A DNA stretch of 64,000 bases. Origin: Pristiophorus japonicus. Lineage: Eukaryota. The stretch covers positions 86,056,001 through 86,120,000 of the forward strand of contig NC_091989.1 of NCBI RefSeq assembly GCF_044704955.1, in the 5' to 3' direction. Below the pieces are notes generated by a model that was given only the letters and a program-made list of their open reading frames with translations, ran no database searches and was not told the DNA's origin. The translations under genes and the position numbers were made by a program. How positions within the stretch are numbered: the stretch's first letter is position 1; every line of letters starts with the position of its first letter. Of the stretch, positions 37,250 to 49,564 are shown piece by piece.

Positions 37250-38826
37250 GAAGAACATAAGAACATAAGAATTAGGAACAGGAGTAGGCCACCTAGCCCC
37301 TCGAGCCTGCTCTGCCATTCAACAAGATCATGGCTGATCTGGCCGTGGACTCAGCTCCACTTACCCGCCCGCTCCCCATAACCCTTAATTCCCTTATTGT
37401 TTAAAAATCTATCTATCTGTGACTTGAATACATTCAATGAGCTAGGCTCAACTGCTTCCTTGGGCAGAGAACTCCACAGATTCACAATCCTCTGGGAGAA
37501 GAAATTCCTTCTCAAGTCGGTTTTAAATTGGCTCCCCCGTATTTTGAGGCTGTGCCCCCTCATTCTAGTCTCCCCTACCAGTGGAAACAACCTCTCTGCC
37601 TCTATCTTGTCTATCCCTTTCATTATTTTAAATGTCTCTATAAGATCACCCCTCATCCTTCTGAACTCCAACGAGTAAAGACCCAGTCTACCCAATCTAT
37701 CATCATAAGGTAACCCCCTTATCTCCGGAATCAGCCTAGTGAATCGTCTCTGTACCCCCTCCAAAGCCAGTATATCCTTCCTTAAGTAAGGTGACCAAAA
37801 CTGCACGAAGTACTCCAGGTGCGGCCTCACCAATACCCTATACAGTTGCAGCAGGACCTCCCTGCTTTTGTACTCCATCACTCTCGCAATGAAGGCCAAC
37901 ATTCCATTCGCCTTCCTGATTACCTGCTGCACCTGCAAACTAACTTTTTGGATCCATGCACGAGGGCCCCCAGGTCCCTCTGCACCTCAGCATGTTGTAA
38001 TTTCTCCCCATTCAAATAATATTCCCTTTTCCTGTTTTTTTTCCGGTTGGATGACCTCACACTTTCCGATATTGTATTCCATCTGCCAAAGCTTAGCCCA
38101 TTCACTTAACCTATCCAAATCTCTTTTCAGCCTCTCTGTGTTCTCTACACAACCCGCTTTCCCACTAATCTTTGTGTCATCTGCAAATTTTGTTACACTA
38201 CACTCTGTCCCCTCTTCCAGGTCATCTATGTATATTGTAAACAGTTGTGGTCCCAGCACCAATCCCTGTGGCACACCACTAACCACCGATTTCCAACCCA
38301 AAAAGGACCCATTTATCCTGACTCTCTGCTTTCTGTTCGCCAGCCAATTCTCTATCCATGCTAATACATTTCCTCTGACTCTGCGTACCTCTATCTTCTG
38401 CAGTAACCTTTTGTGTGGCACCTTATCGAATGCCTTTTGGAAATCTAAATACACCACATCTATCAGTACACCTCTATCCACCATGCTCGTTATATCCTCA
38501 AAGAATTCCAGTAAATTAGTTAAACATGATTTCCCCTTCATGAATCCATGCTGCGTCTGCTTGATTGCACTATTCCTATCTAGATGTCCCGCTATTTCTT
38601 CCTTAATGATAGTTTCAAGCATTTTCCCCACTACAGATGTTAAACTAACCGGCCTATAGCTACCTGCCTTTTGCCTGCCCCCTTTTTTAAACAGAGGCGT
38701 TACATTAGCTGCTTTCCAATCCACTGGTACCTCCCCAGAGTCCAGAGAATTTTGGTAGATTATAACGAATGCATCTGCTATAACTTCCGCCATCTCTTTT
38801 AATACCCTGGGATGCATTTCATCAGG
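37250..38826 (-). mobile_element. Well-preserved CR1 LINE RT fragment, antisense in intron 3
   Basis: ORFs 37987..38817 and 37351..37938 (YRPVSLTS, YLDFQKAFD, PQG, FADD) joined by one frameshift; tail AAGAACATAAGAACATAAG. Confidence 0.95.
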
Positions 38827-38941
38827 ATTATCTATCTATTTTACCCCACTCTCTCTCCCTCTCTCTTCCTCCTTTCTGCTTTCTGTTTCCCTGATGTTTC
38901 TCACTAAACTCCTTTAAATGTTTCTCTGTTGCTGCCCACAG

Positions 38942-39054
38942 CCTCTACTGACCTATACCAAACCATTTATCTGAGCCGTTTCCTGTTGGGGTTAATGGTG
39001 GTTCTGGTGGGGACCATCCTTATTGTGGATCATTTAAAATCAGTCTCAATTTAA
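38942..39054 (+). CDS. Exon 4: transmembrane segment with Arg plus a tail of a few residues
   Basis: Acceptor tttctctgttgctgcccacAG|. Phase-1 reading gives STDLYQTIYLSRFLLGLMVVLVGTILIVDHLKSVSI*, with stop TAA 39052-39054 followed by donor AG|GTAAGA at 39056/39057. Too short to appear in the ORF track. Confidence 0.8.
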
Positions 39055-39159
39055 AGGTAAGATGTTCATTTCTTGATTCTCACTGCAGAATTATAGCAAT
39101 AACACACAGAAAACAAAAGGACCGATTAATTCTTTTGTGACTTCAGATTGGTTGTTCTG

Positions 39160-40090
39160 GTTCAACGGATCATCCGCTGCCATTTCCGTCATCTCCAGCG
39201 TGATCCCACCACCAATTATATCTTCCCCTCCCATCCCTTCTCAGCATTCCGAAGTGACAGCTCCCTCCGTGACACCCTGGTCCATTCCGCAGATACCCCC
39301 AGCACCACCTCCCCTTCCCACAGCACCTTTCCAAGCCCAGGAGATGCAACACCTGCTCTTTAACCTCCTCCATTCTCTATGTCCAGGGCCACAAGTACTC
39401 CTTCCAGGAGAAACAGTGATTTACGTGTACTTCTTTCAATTTAGTATACTGTATTCGCTGCTCACAATGCGGTCTCCTCTACATTGGGAAGACCAAGTGC
39501 AGATTGGGTGACCGCTTTGCGGAACACCTCCCTTCAGTCTGTAAGTGTGACCCTGAGCTTCCGGTCGCCGGTCAGTTTAATTCTCCACTGCATTCCCACT
39601 TTGACCTCTCCGTCCTCGGTCTCCTGCACTCTACCAATGAACAGCACCTCATCTTTCGTTTGGGCACTTTACAGCCTTCTGGACTCAACACTGAGTTCAA
39701 CAATTTCAGAGGATAACCTCTCCCATCTTTGGCTCCCCCTATCCCCGCCCCCGCCATATCTTATGGTTTATTTTATCTTTGTCTCTAATGGCAGCTGGTC
39801 ATTATTCCACCATTCACACACAATCTGGACAAACTTTTTCTAACTTCTACCATTAACATTTCGATTCCGCCCATCATCCCTTTTATCTCCCTAATCTCTC
39901 CTGCCTTCCACCCTATCACAGACCTTCCCTTTTGTTCTTTCTTCTCCTCCCCCTTTCAGTGCTCCTTAAAGATCTGTTCTTTTTGAATAATCGGCAGTTC
40001 TGATGAAGGGTAATCGACCTGAAAGGTTAACTCTAAGTCTCCACAGATGCTGCCTGATCTGCTGAGATTTCCGGCATGTTCTAATTTTAT
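39160..40090 (+). mobile_element. Penelope-like element fragment (GIY-YIG endonuclease)
   Basis: CTSFNLVYCIRCSQCGLLYIGKTKCRLGDRFAEHL readable at about 39427-39530; LGTLQPSGLN C-terminus. Confidence 0.85.
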
Positions 40091-41254
40091 TCGGTTTTAC
40101 ATTTTGCTCTATTAACTTTAGCCAAATGGTCATCACCTGTTTATCGGTCAGGGATAGCTTAAATCATCTCCAACTCACGGTTGCACATTACTCACCTACA
40201 TCCATTTCTAAATTACTGAGGAATCAGAGGACTATTCCAAATAATGTTTCGATGCAATGCAGGTCCAGAGGTAAAAGTATCAGTCATTTAAGGTTCTCAG
40301 TATAATGAAACAACTTGTCGAGTTTCCCATAACACAGATAGCAGGAGGCACACGGGCACCTTATTTTGTGTGACCTGTCCATGTGCTAATTGTGACAGTA
40401 CTAGAGAATTCAATGCTATTTTAAAGTATTTATTTGCTCCAGTTATGAACAGAATAAATAATGCGACGATTCGTGCATATATGTGTGTGTGATTACGTCT
40501 GTGTGTGATTGGCCAGCACAGCCCAGCACCAACAGGGCCTCATTCATGTACAGACACTAGCCATATCAGTGGATGGAATAATTGGCAGGAACTTTGACTG
40601 AATGCTGTCCTTACCGATCCCAGGGACTCCAAGGCCAATTGCCCCTTCCCCGGCTGGGATCAGCTAACTCAACAGAACAGCAATGCACCCTGGGACCTAC
40701 CGCTGCAATGGTTCAATCCCAGCTACATATCCACTCCTGTGTTTCTGGACACTTGCTGCATTACCTCAATTTCCAGCTGCTGGTTCCTGTATTTGTCCCT
40801 GTTGTGTAAAGTTCAGCCCATTTACCTTACTCACTTTTTAGCAGATTGTCGCATTGCAGGAGGGTGGTAAACAGACATCAATGAGCCTGATCTCTTATAT
40901 TCCTGGTTTGCTTCAGAAAGCAGCACCCTTGCATCCTGAGTTTCGCCAGCAAATTCATTAAAAGTATCCGGTGATTCTGCGCTGGTAGTTGGTGCTCACT
41001 TTGGTTATGCACCGACCGCTTTCGGTTCATTCAGAAATCGTCTTTCTTTCCAGCAGTCACACAGCTGATGATGGCAGCAGCTTGCTCCCAGTCTCACCGA
41101 CTCCAGGAAAGCAGCGAATTAAGGAGTCAGTGCAGTGCTGAATGGGAATGTAAAGAAGAAAGTCGATTTGAAGATGTTCATTCTGCAGTAGATAAAACGA
41201 GGAACCAATATATATTAAGTTTCTTGGCTACAATTAGCCCATTTGTAATTGTCT

Positions 41255-41540
41255 AACATAAGAACATAAGAACTAGGAGCAGGAGTAGGCCATAAGGCCC
41301 CTCGAGCCTGCTCTACCATTCAATACGATCATGGCTGATCCGATCATGGACTCAGGTCCACTTCCCCGCCCGCTCCCCATAACTCCTTATCCCCTTATCG
41401 GTTAAGAAACTGTCTATCTCTGTCTTAAATTTATTCAATATCTCAGCTTCCACAGCTCTCTGAAGCAGCAAATTACACAGATTTACAACCCTCTGAGAGA
41501 AGAAATTTCTCCTCAACTTAGTTTTAAATGGTCGGCCCAT
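41255..41540 (-). mobile_element. Short CR1 3' fragment
   Basis: RNFFSQRVVNL...YGERAGKW plus tail repeats. Confidence 0.85.
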
Positions 41541-44500
41541 GACACTAATTCGATTTGACAATAATCACATACTTCAATGTGATGGGTAGGTTGGAGTTAA
41601 GATTTTCCCACTCCCAGCACCCACCGTAAATCGGTATCAAATGGATTGTGGTCCTTTCCTGTCCCAGGGACACCTGGGCCAATTGCCTTGTCCGGCTGGT
41701 AAAAGAGCATAGGGCTGAAAACATAACTCTATTTCTCTCTCTACAGAAGTGGACCTGAGTCCATGATCGGATAAACCATGATTTTATTAAATGGCTGAGC
41801 AGGCACGAGGGGCTGTATGGCCTACTCCTGCTCCTATTTCTTATGTTCTTATACCGCCTGCCCTGTTGAGTACTTCCAGCATTTCCTGCTTTTATTTCAG
41901 ATATTTAGCACCCGCAGTACTTTGCTTTTGCATCAAATAAATTGCGTCAGTTTCGCATCAGCTTCAATTGTTCGCCGTGATATCGAGACAGTTTCATTGA
42001 CAAAGTGTAAATTACGCGCTATTGAAGGCTGTATAATTTTTGTTCCTATATTTATTGGATACAAGTTTGACTGATATCAGCAAAGTCTGGTCCTTGAGGG
42101 GGGCGGTCAGGAATGCAGTGTATTGGAGGCAATCGTCAACGACCGTGTCTCTGCCGCTCAATATCAAACTCTTTGCCCTGTATTGTAGAGGTATTTCTAA
42201 ACGTGGGTCTTAGATTCTAGGAGACAGGAACGGCCTTTAAATATTGGAACTGACGAGCATTCGGTGCCTGTTGTAAAATGTTCAAATAAACACAGAAAAG
42301 GACACATTTATTTTCTCTTAATTTCGATGAAGGAACAAAGTGTTTTAATAAATCCCAGCATCAGACTAATAATAAAATTAATGCTGATAAAATAATAACA
42401 GTAAGGGAGGAATGTGAGGCTGGGATGGCAGCAAAATGATGCTGAGAGGAAGGACAGGAGTGGAATCCCTGCTCAGATACAGTGAAGGTTTGGAGGAATA
42501 AAGTAAGCATTGGAATCAAACTGGCAGCGTCAGTGGGGAAAGACAAACCACTCCCATCTCCTGGGGTAAAACAACTCGAGTCCTGCGCCATTCACAGCAT
42601 AACCCTGGGGACAGGTCCACAGAGAACGCTCTCATTCTCCAAGTGTGCGAAGGGGTTTTACTGGGAGCAATCGTGGACTATATTAAGCAGGAAAACTTAT
42701 CAGAAAGGAATTGATCTTTGCGCTCATAGCTAGTACGAATCTATCTGTAGAAATATTCAGAGGTTCCCGTGTCAGCAGGGCCCCGACACACTGTGCTTGT
42801 AAAGTCAGATGAATTTGTACTGAATACTGTGGCATCAATGTGGGAGAAGGTGACGGGAACGAAACCGGGAAAAGATTCAGACTGAGGAGTCTTTAGACTG
42901 ACATCTATTCCACACACTCCAGTCACAGGCCCCTAATCACTAATGGGCTCAGGAGTCCCGCCATTCAGGAGATTCTCAATGATATTTCCTGTTTCCCATT
43001 CAATAAATAGAAATTTGTTATTAAGGGACTTGCGGTGTTACAGCGGTCCTGCACTGCACCGTTTCATCTGTAAAAGCCATCATTGCTATTTAGTTATTTT
43101 CCACCAGTAGATTTTTGGAATCATCGAATCATAGGATGCTTACAGCAGCTGCAGCTCTCTGCAGGAACACTTCAGCTAGTCCCTTTCCTCCGCCCTTAGC
43201 CCTGCATTTTTTTTCCTTCAGGTACTTATCCAATTTCCAGTTGAAAGCCACGACTGAGTCTGTCTCCACCACCCTTTCAGGCAGTCAATTACAGATCATA
43301 ACCATTCGCTTTGTTAAAATGTTCTTCCTCCTTTGGTTGCCAATCAACATAAATGTGTGTCCTCTGGTTCTTGATCCTTCTGCCAATAGGAACAGTTTCT
43401 CTCTATCTACTCTGTCGAGACCCCTCATGATTTTGAACACCTTTGTAAAATCTCCTCTTTACGTTCTCTGCTGTAAGGAGATTAACTTCAGCGTCGCTAG
43501 TGTATCCACATAACTGAAGTCACTCATCAGCTCCTCACAACTTGCTTTCCCAAAAATCTTTGTATCATCAGTAAATTTGGCTACATTACATTCAGTCCCT
43601 TCATCCATGTAATTAATATAAATTGTAAATATTTGAGGCCTCAGAACTGATCCCTGTGGCACCCCACTAGTTACAGTTTGCCAACCTGAAAATTGCCCAT
43701 TTATCCCATCTCTCTGTTTTCTGTGAGATAGCCAATCCTCTATCCACGCTAATATATTACCCCCAACCCCATGAACTTTTATCTTGTGCAGTAACTTTTT
43801 ACGTGACACCTTATCGAATACCTTCTGGAAATCCAAATACACGACATCTACTGGTTCCCTCTTTATCCACACTGCTCGTTGCATCCTCAAAGAACTCCAG
43901 CAAATTTGTCAAAAATGATTTCCCTCTCGTAAAACCATACTGACTCTGCTTGACTGCATTATCATTTTCTAAATGTCCTGCTACTACTTCCTTAATGATT
44001 GACACATGCATTTTTCTAATGACAGGTGTTAGGCTAACTAGTCTATAGTGTCCTGCTTTCTATCTGCCTCCTTTCTTAAATAGTGGCGTTACATTTGCGG
44101 TTTTCCAGTCCACTGGGACCTCTCCAGAATCCAGGGAATTTTTGTAGATTACAACCAATGCATCCAGTATCTCTGCAGCCACTTCTTTTAAGATGCTTGG
44201 ATGCTGGCCATCAGGTCCAGGGGACTTGTCCACCTTTTGTCCCATAAGTTTGCCTAGTACCTTTTCTCTAATGATAGCGATTGTTTTAAGTCAACCCCCC
44301 GCTCCCCACAAAATAGTCCTTTGATTATCAATTGGGATGCTTTTAGTTTCCACTACCATGAAGACCGATACAAAATATTTGTTTAATGTCTCTGCCATTT
44401 CCCTGTTTCCCATTATTAATTTCCCAGTCTCATCCTCTAAGGAACCAACGTGTACTACTCGCTTCCTTTTTATATACATGGAGAAGCTCTTACTGCCTGT

Positions 44501-45309
44501 TTTTCTTTTTCCACTAGTTTACTCTCATAAGCTATCTTCTCTCTCTTTATCGTTTTATTAGTCGTCCTTTGCTGGTTTCTAAACATTTTCGAATCCTCTG
44601 GCCTTCCCCTGTTCTTTGCAGCATTGTATGTCTTTGTTTTCAATTTTATACCATCCTTTACTTCCTTAGTTAGCCACGGATGATTCATCCTTCTCTTAGA
44701 TGCTTTCTTTTTCACTGGAATATATCTTTGCTGAGAGTCATGAAATATCTCCTTAAATTTTTGCCACTGCTTTTCTACAGTCCTACCGTTTAATATATTT
44801 TTCCAATACTCTTTAACGAGCTCGGCCTTCATACCCTTGTAATTACTTTTATCTAAGTTCAGCACACTAGCTTTCTCATCCTCAAATTGAATTTGAAATT
44901 CTACCATGCTATGATCACTCCTCGCAAGAGGATCCTTCACTACGAGATCATTAATGAATCCAGACTCGTTACACATTACCAGATCTAAAATAGTCTGCTT
45001 GTTGGTTGGTTCCATTACGTATTCTTCCAAGAAATCATCCCGCATACACTCTATGAACTCTTCCTCAAGGCTATCTTTGCCAATTTGTTTTGTCCAATCA
45101 ATATGAAGGTTAAAATCGCCAATGTTTATTGCTGTACCTTTCTTACAAGCCTCCATTATTTCTTACAGTGTGGCTATTGTTTTGGCACCTGGTGACCAGT
45201 GACTTATTTCCGCAATTATTTCTTATCTCCACCCAAACTCGTTCTACACCTTGATCTTCTGAGCCAATATCATTTCTCACTACTGCACTGATCTCACCCC
45301 TTATTAACA

Positions 45310-47967
45310 TCTTCATCATCTTTTGAATATCTCACCTTATTCCAGCCTGCTCACCTCGCATTCAAAATTCTCGTTCTCTACTGCCCACCCACGTATAATA
45401 AAAACTTTATCACGGATATATCCTCACTGCTTTCGTCACCCACCCTATGCACCGAGCGACTTCTCATCTTCGGTGACTTCAACGTCCATCTTAATTCATC
45501 ATGCTCTCGCTCCTCTGAGTTCATTACCCTCCTGTCCTCCCTTAAATGGTCCCTCCATGTAAATTCCTCACTCCATATTCAAGGCCACACCCTTGACCTT
45601 GCAATCTCTCGTAGCCTTGCTATTCCATCCGTGTCAATTAAAGATAAAGCCATCTCTGACCATTTCCTTATATCGCTCTCGAACCACATCCCCCTTCCAC
45701 AATCCAAACCTACTTCCTTCTGCATCTGCCCCTGGACAAAACTCTCTCCAAACAATCTTAAAACTACACTTATCAACTCAAAACTGTCCAACCTTTGGCT
45801 CTCTTTTTAAAATGAAATTTCTGCAGACTCACCAACACCTTTGATGCCCAAGTACAGATGACTCTCTCCTACACTGGCCATTCCCTCTGGTACAGCCTCA
45901 TCTTCACTCCCTCAAGTCAAAAGGGAGCAGACTTGAACAGGTGTGGCAGACAACTGGTTTAGCCATTCACCACCAGATCTGGCTCGAACACATAAAACAC
46001 TATTGGTTCCTACTTTTGTTTACAAAAACTGGTCACTATTTCAGGATCATTCTAGATTGCAAAAATAACCCCTGGCTACTCTTCTCGACTCCTTAAACAC
46101 CTCTCCACTGTCTCCACCTCCAACAACTTCTTTGTGTCTCAAAGATTGAGACCCTCTGATCAGCTGCCTCTGCGAGTTCACTTCCTTCCCCTTGCCCACC
46201 GGGCCAAACTTCCTCTGAGACTCCCACCTGCCCCAGCCCTAAACTCACATCTTGCTCTAGTTTCTCTTTGATCTACGCTCTTGATCTCTCCAAGCTCATC
46301 TTGTCCATGAGGCCCACTTCCTACTCCCTAGACCCTATTCCTACTAGACTGCTGATCACCCAACTTCATTTTCTGGCTCCCATGTTAGCCGACATTGTTA
46401 ACGGTTCTCTCTCCTGAGGTGCTGTTCCCCTCTCCTTCAAATCTGCTGTCATCACCCCTCTCAAAAAAACAACCCTTGGCCCCACTTTGCTTGCTAGCTA
46501 TTGCCTCATATCCAACCTCCATTTCCTGTCCAAAGTATTTAAACATGTTGTCACCTCCAAAATCCGTGATCATCTTTCCATGAATTCAATGTTTCAATCC
46601 CTTCATTCTGGTTTTCGCCCCTGCCACAGTACCGAAATGGCTCCCATCAAAGTCACAAAAAACATCCTTTGTGACTGTGACGAAGGTAAACTATCCCTCC
46701 TCGTCCTTCTGGACCTGTCTGCAGCCTTTGACAAGTTGACCACTCTATCCTTCTCCAACACCTCTCCATCAAAGTCCAGCTAGGTGGGACTGCAGTCGCC
46801 TGGTTCCATTCGTATCTATCTAATCGTAGCCAGAAAATCTCCTGAAATGGCTTCTCTTCCCAGTCCCGCACCGTTACACTGGTGTCCCCCAAGGATCTAT
46901 CTTTGGCTGCCCTTTAATTTCTCATCTATATGCTGCCCCTTGGTGATATTATCCGAAAACATGGACCCACTTTCCACATGTATTCTGACGACACCCAGAT
47001 CTAGCTCTCCACCAATTATCTCGACTCCTGCTTGGTATTTAAATTGCCAGATTGCTTGTCCGACATCCAGTACTGGAAGAGCAGAAACTTTCTTCAATTA
47101 AATATTGGGAAATCCGAAACCATTATCTTTGCTCCCCACCACAAACTGCGTTCCCTGACCACTGACTCCATCTCTCTCCCTAGCTTCAAACTGTTCACAA
47201 CCTACGTGTCATATTTGACCCTGAAATGAATTTCTAGCCACATATCCACGGCATAGCTAAAACTGCATTTTCCCACCTCCGTAGCATTGCTCGCATTCCA
47301 CCCCCCTCCCCGCTTCAGCTCTTCTGCTCCTGAAACCCTTATTCATGCCTTTGTTAATTCTTATGTGACTATTCCAACTCACTTCTGGTCAGCCTCCCAC
47401 ATTCTACCCTATGTAAACTTGAGGCGATCCAAAACTCAACAGCCCTTGTCCTAACTCTCACCAAGTCACAATCACCCATCACCCCTATGCTTTCTGACCT
47501 ATATTGGCTCCTGGTTAAACAATGCCTCAATTTCAAAATTCTCATCCTCCTTTTTTACAAATCACTCCATCGCCTTGGCCCTTCCTCTCTCTGTAATCCT
47601 TTTCAGCCACAGAGCCCCACACGATGTCTACGCTCATTAAATTACTGCCCTCTTGAGCATCCCTGATTTTAAATGCTCAACCATTAGTGGCCGTGCCTTT
47701 TGCTGCATGGGCCCTCAACTCTGGAATTCCCTCCCTAAACCTCTCCACCTATACCTATCTTTCCTCTTCTAAGACGCTCCTTAAAACCTACCTCTTTGAC
47801 CAAGCTTTTGGTCATCTGCCTTAAATTATTCTTTGTGGCTCGCTGTCAAATGTATCTGTTTTGTCTTGTACAACTGCTGTGAAGCGCCTTGGGACGTGTT
47901 ACTATGTTAAAGGCGCTATATAAATAAATGTTATAATGATTATTATTATTATTATTATTATTATTTA
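45310..47967 (+). mobile_element. L2-type LINE inserted in the CR1 endonuclease
   Basis: GDFN/GHTLDL, QSLHSGFRPCHSTE, LLDLSAAFD; tail AAAGGCGCTATATAAAT followed by (TTA)n; TSD TTATTAACA at 45301-45309 and 47968-47976. Confidence 0.9.
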
Positions 47968-48232
47968 TTATTAACAGAGCTAACCCACCTCCTTTGTCTT
48001 TATGCCTATCCTTACAAAATGACAAATACCGCCGAAAATTCAGTTCCCACCCTTGGTCACCTTGCAACCACGTTTCTGTAATGGCAATCAGATCATAGCC
48101 ATTTATTTCTATTTGTACCGTCAACTCATCTATCTTGTTACGAATGCTGCTTGCATTCAGATACAGAGCTTTTAATGTTGTCTTATGTTCATATGCTCTG
48201 CCCCTTCCTGTCACACTCTGGTTATCATTACC

Positions 48233-48794
48233 TCCACAAGATCCTCCAAATCGACTGGGAGGACAGATGCACCAATGTCAGTGTTCTCGCTCAGGCCAAC
48301 ATCCTCAGCATCGAACTGCTGACTACACTTGACCAGCTCCATTGGGTGGGCCACATTGTCCGCATGCCTGACACAATAATCCCTAACCAAGCGCTCTACT
48401 CCGAGCTCCTACACAGCAAGCGAGCTCCAGGTGGGCAGAGGAAACGTTTCAAGGACACACTCAGAGCTTCCCTGATAAATTGCAACATCCCCACCAGCAT
48501 CTGGGAGTCCTTGGCCAAAGTCCGCCATAAGTGGAGAAAGAGCATCCAGGACCCAGGAAGTTCACATCGAGTCTCGTCACCAAGAGCATACAGGAATCAA
48601 GCGCAGATAGCGGAAGGAGCGCGCAACAAACAGCCTCCCCACCCATTGTTTCATTCAACGACTGCCTGACCCATCTATTACAGAGTCTGTAATTTCCATA
48701 TTGGACTGTACAGCCACCTGAGAACTCACTTTTAGAGTGGAAGCAAGCCTTCTTCGATTTCGAGGGACTGCCTATGATGATGATTATGATTATG
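48233..48794 (+). mobile_element. RTE-type LINE 3' fragment
   Basis: QLHWVGHIVRMPD..PNQALYSEL..GGQRKRFKD; (ATG/ATT)n tail; TSD ATTACC at 48227-48232 and 48795-48800. Confidence 0.9.
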
Positions 48795-49564
48795 ATTACC
48801 CCTATCGCTACCGTTCACTTTTGCGTTCTCCTTTCTCTTTGACTTTTTAAATTTCCACTCACCGGATCCCTACCCCCCACCCACTATTTAGATTAAAGTC
48901 CTATCTACAGCCTTACTTATTCGATTCTCCAGGACACTGGTCCGAACCTGGTTCAAGTCCATCCCGACTGAAGAGCTCCCCCCTATCCAGTACTGGTGCC
49001 AGTGCCCCATGAACCGAAACCAATTTCTCCCACACCAAACTTTGAGTCACGTGTTCATCTCTCTGATCCTATTTACTCTTTGCAAATTTGCTCTTGGCTT
49101 TGTGGTTCTGCTTTTCTAATTTGGCTCCTAGCTGCTCATACTCCCCCAGCAGAACGTCTTTATTTGTCCTATCTACATTGTTAGTACCGACGTGGACCAC
49201 GGCAATGGATCTTTCCCCTCCCACTCCATGTTCCTCTCCAGCCCAGAGGAGATGTCCTTAACCCTGGCACCGGGCAGGCAACACAGCCTTCAGGAATCAT
49301 GCTCTTGGCTGCAGAGAACAGTATCTGTCCCCCTAACTATACTGGCCCCTTCCACTACTACATTCCGTTTTACTCCCCCAACTTGAATGCCCCTCTGTAC
49401 CATGGTGATGTGGTCAGTTTCTTCATCCTCCCTGCAGTCTCTGCTCTCATCCAGACAGAGAGCAACCCTCATACCTGTTAAACAATTGCAAGGGCTAAGC
49501 TTCCCCATCTCTACATCCTGGGTCCGCATACCTGCTTCACTCGCAGGCACACCCTCCTGTTCCT

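Noticed and set aside
42361-42926. Minus-strand ORFs resembling a mucin stalk plus TM/GPI signal
   Set aside because: The two ORFs are separated by stops, lack supporting splice sites, and the hydrophobic end derives from AT-rich sequence.
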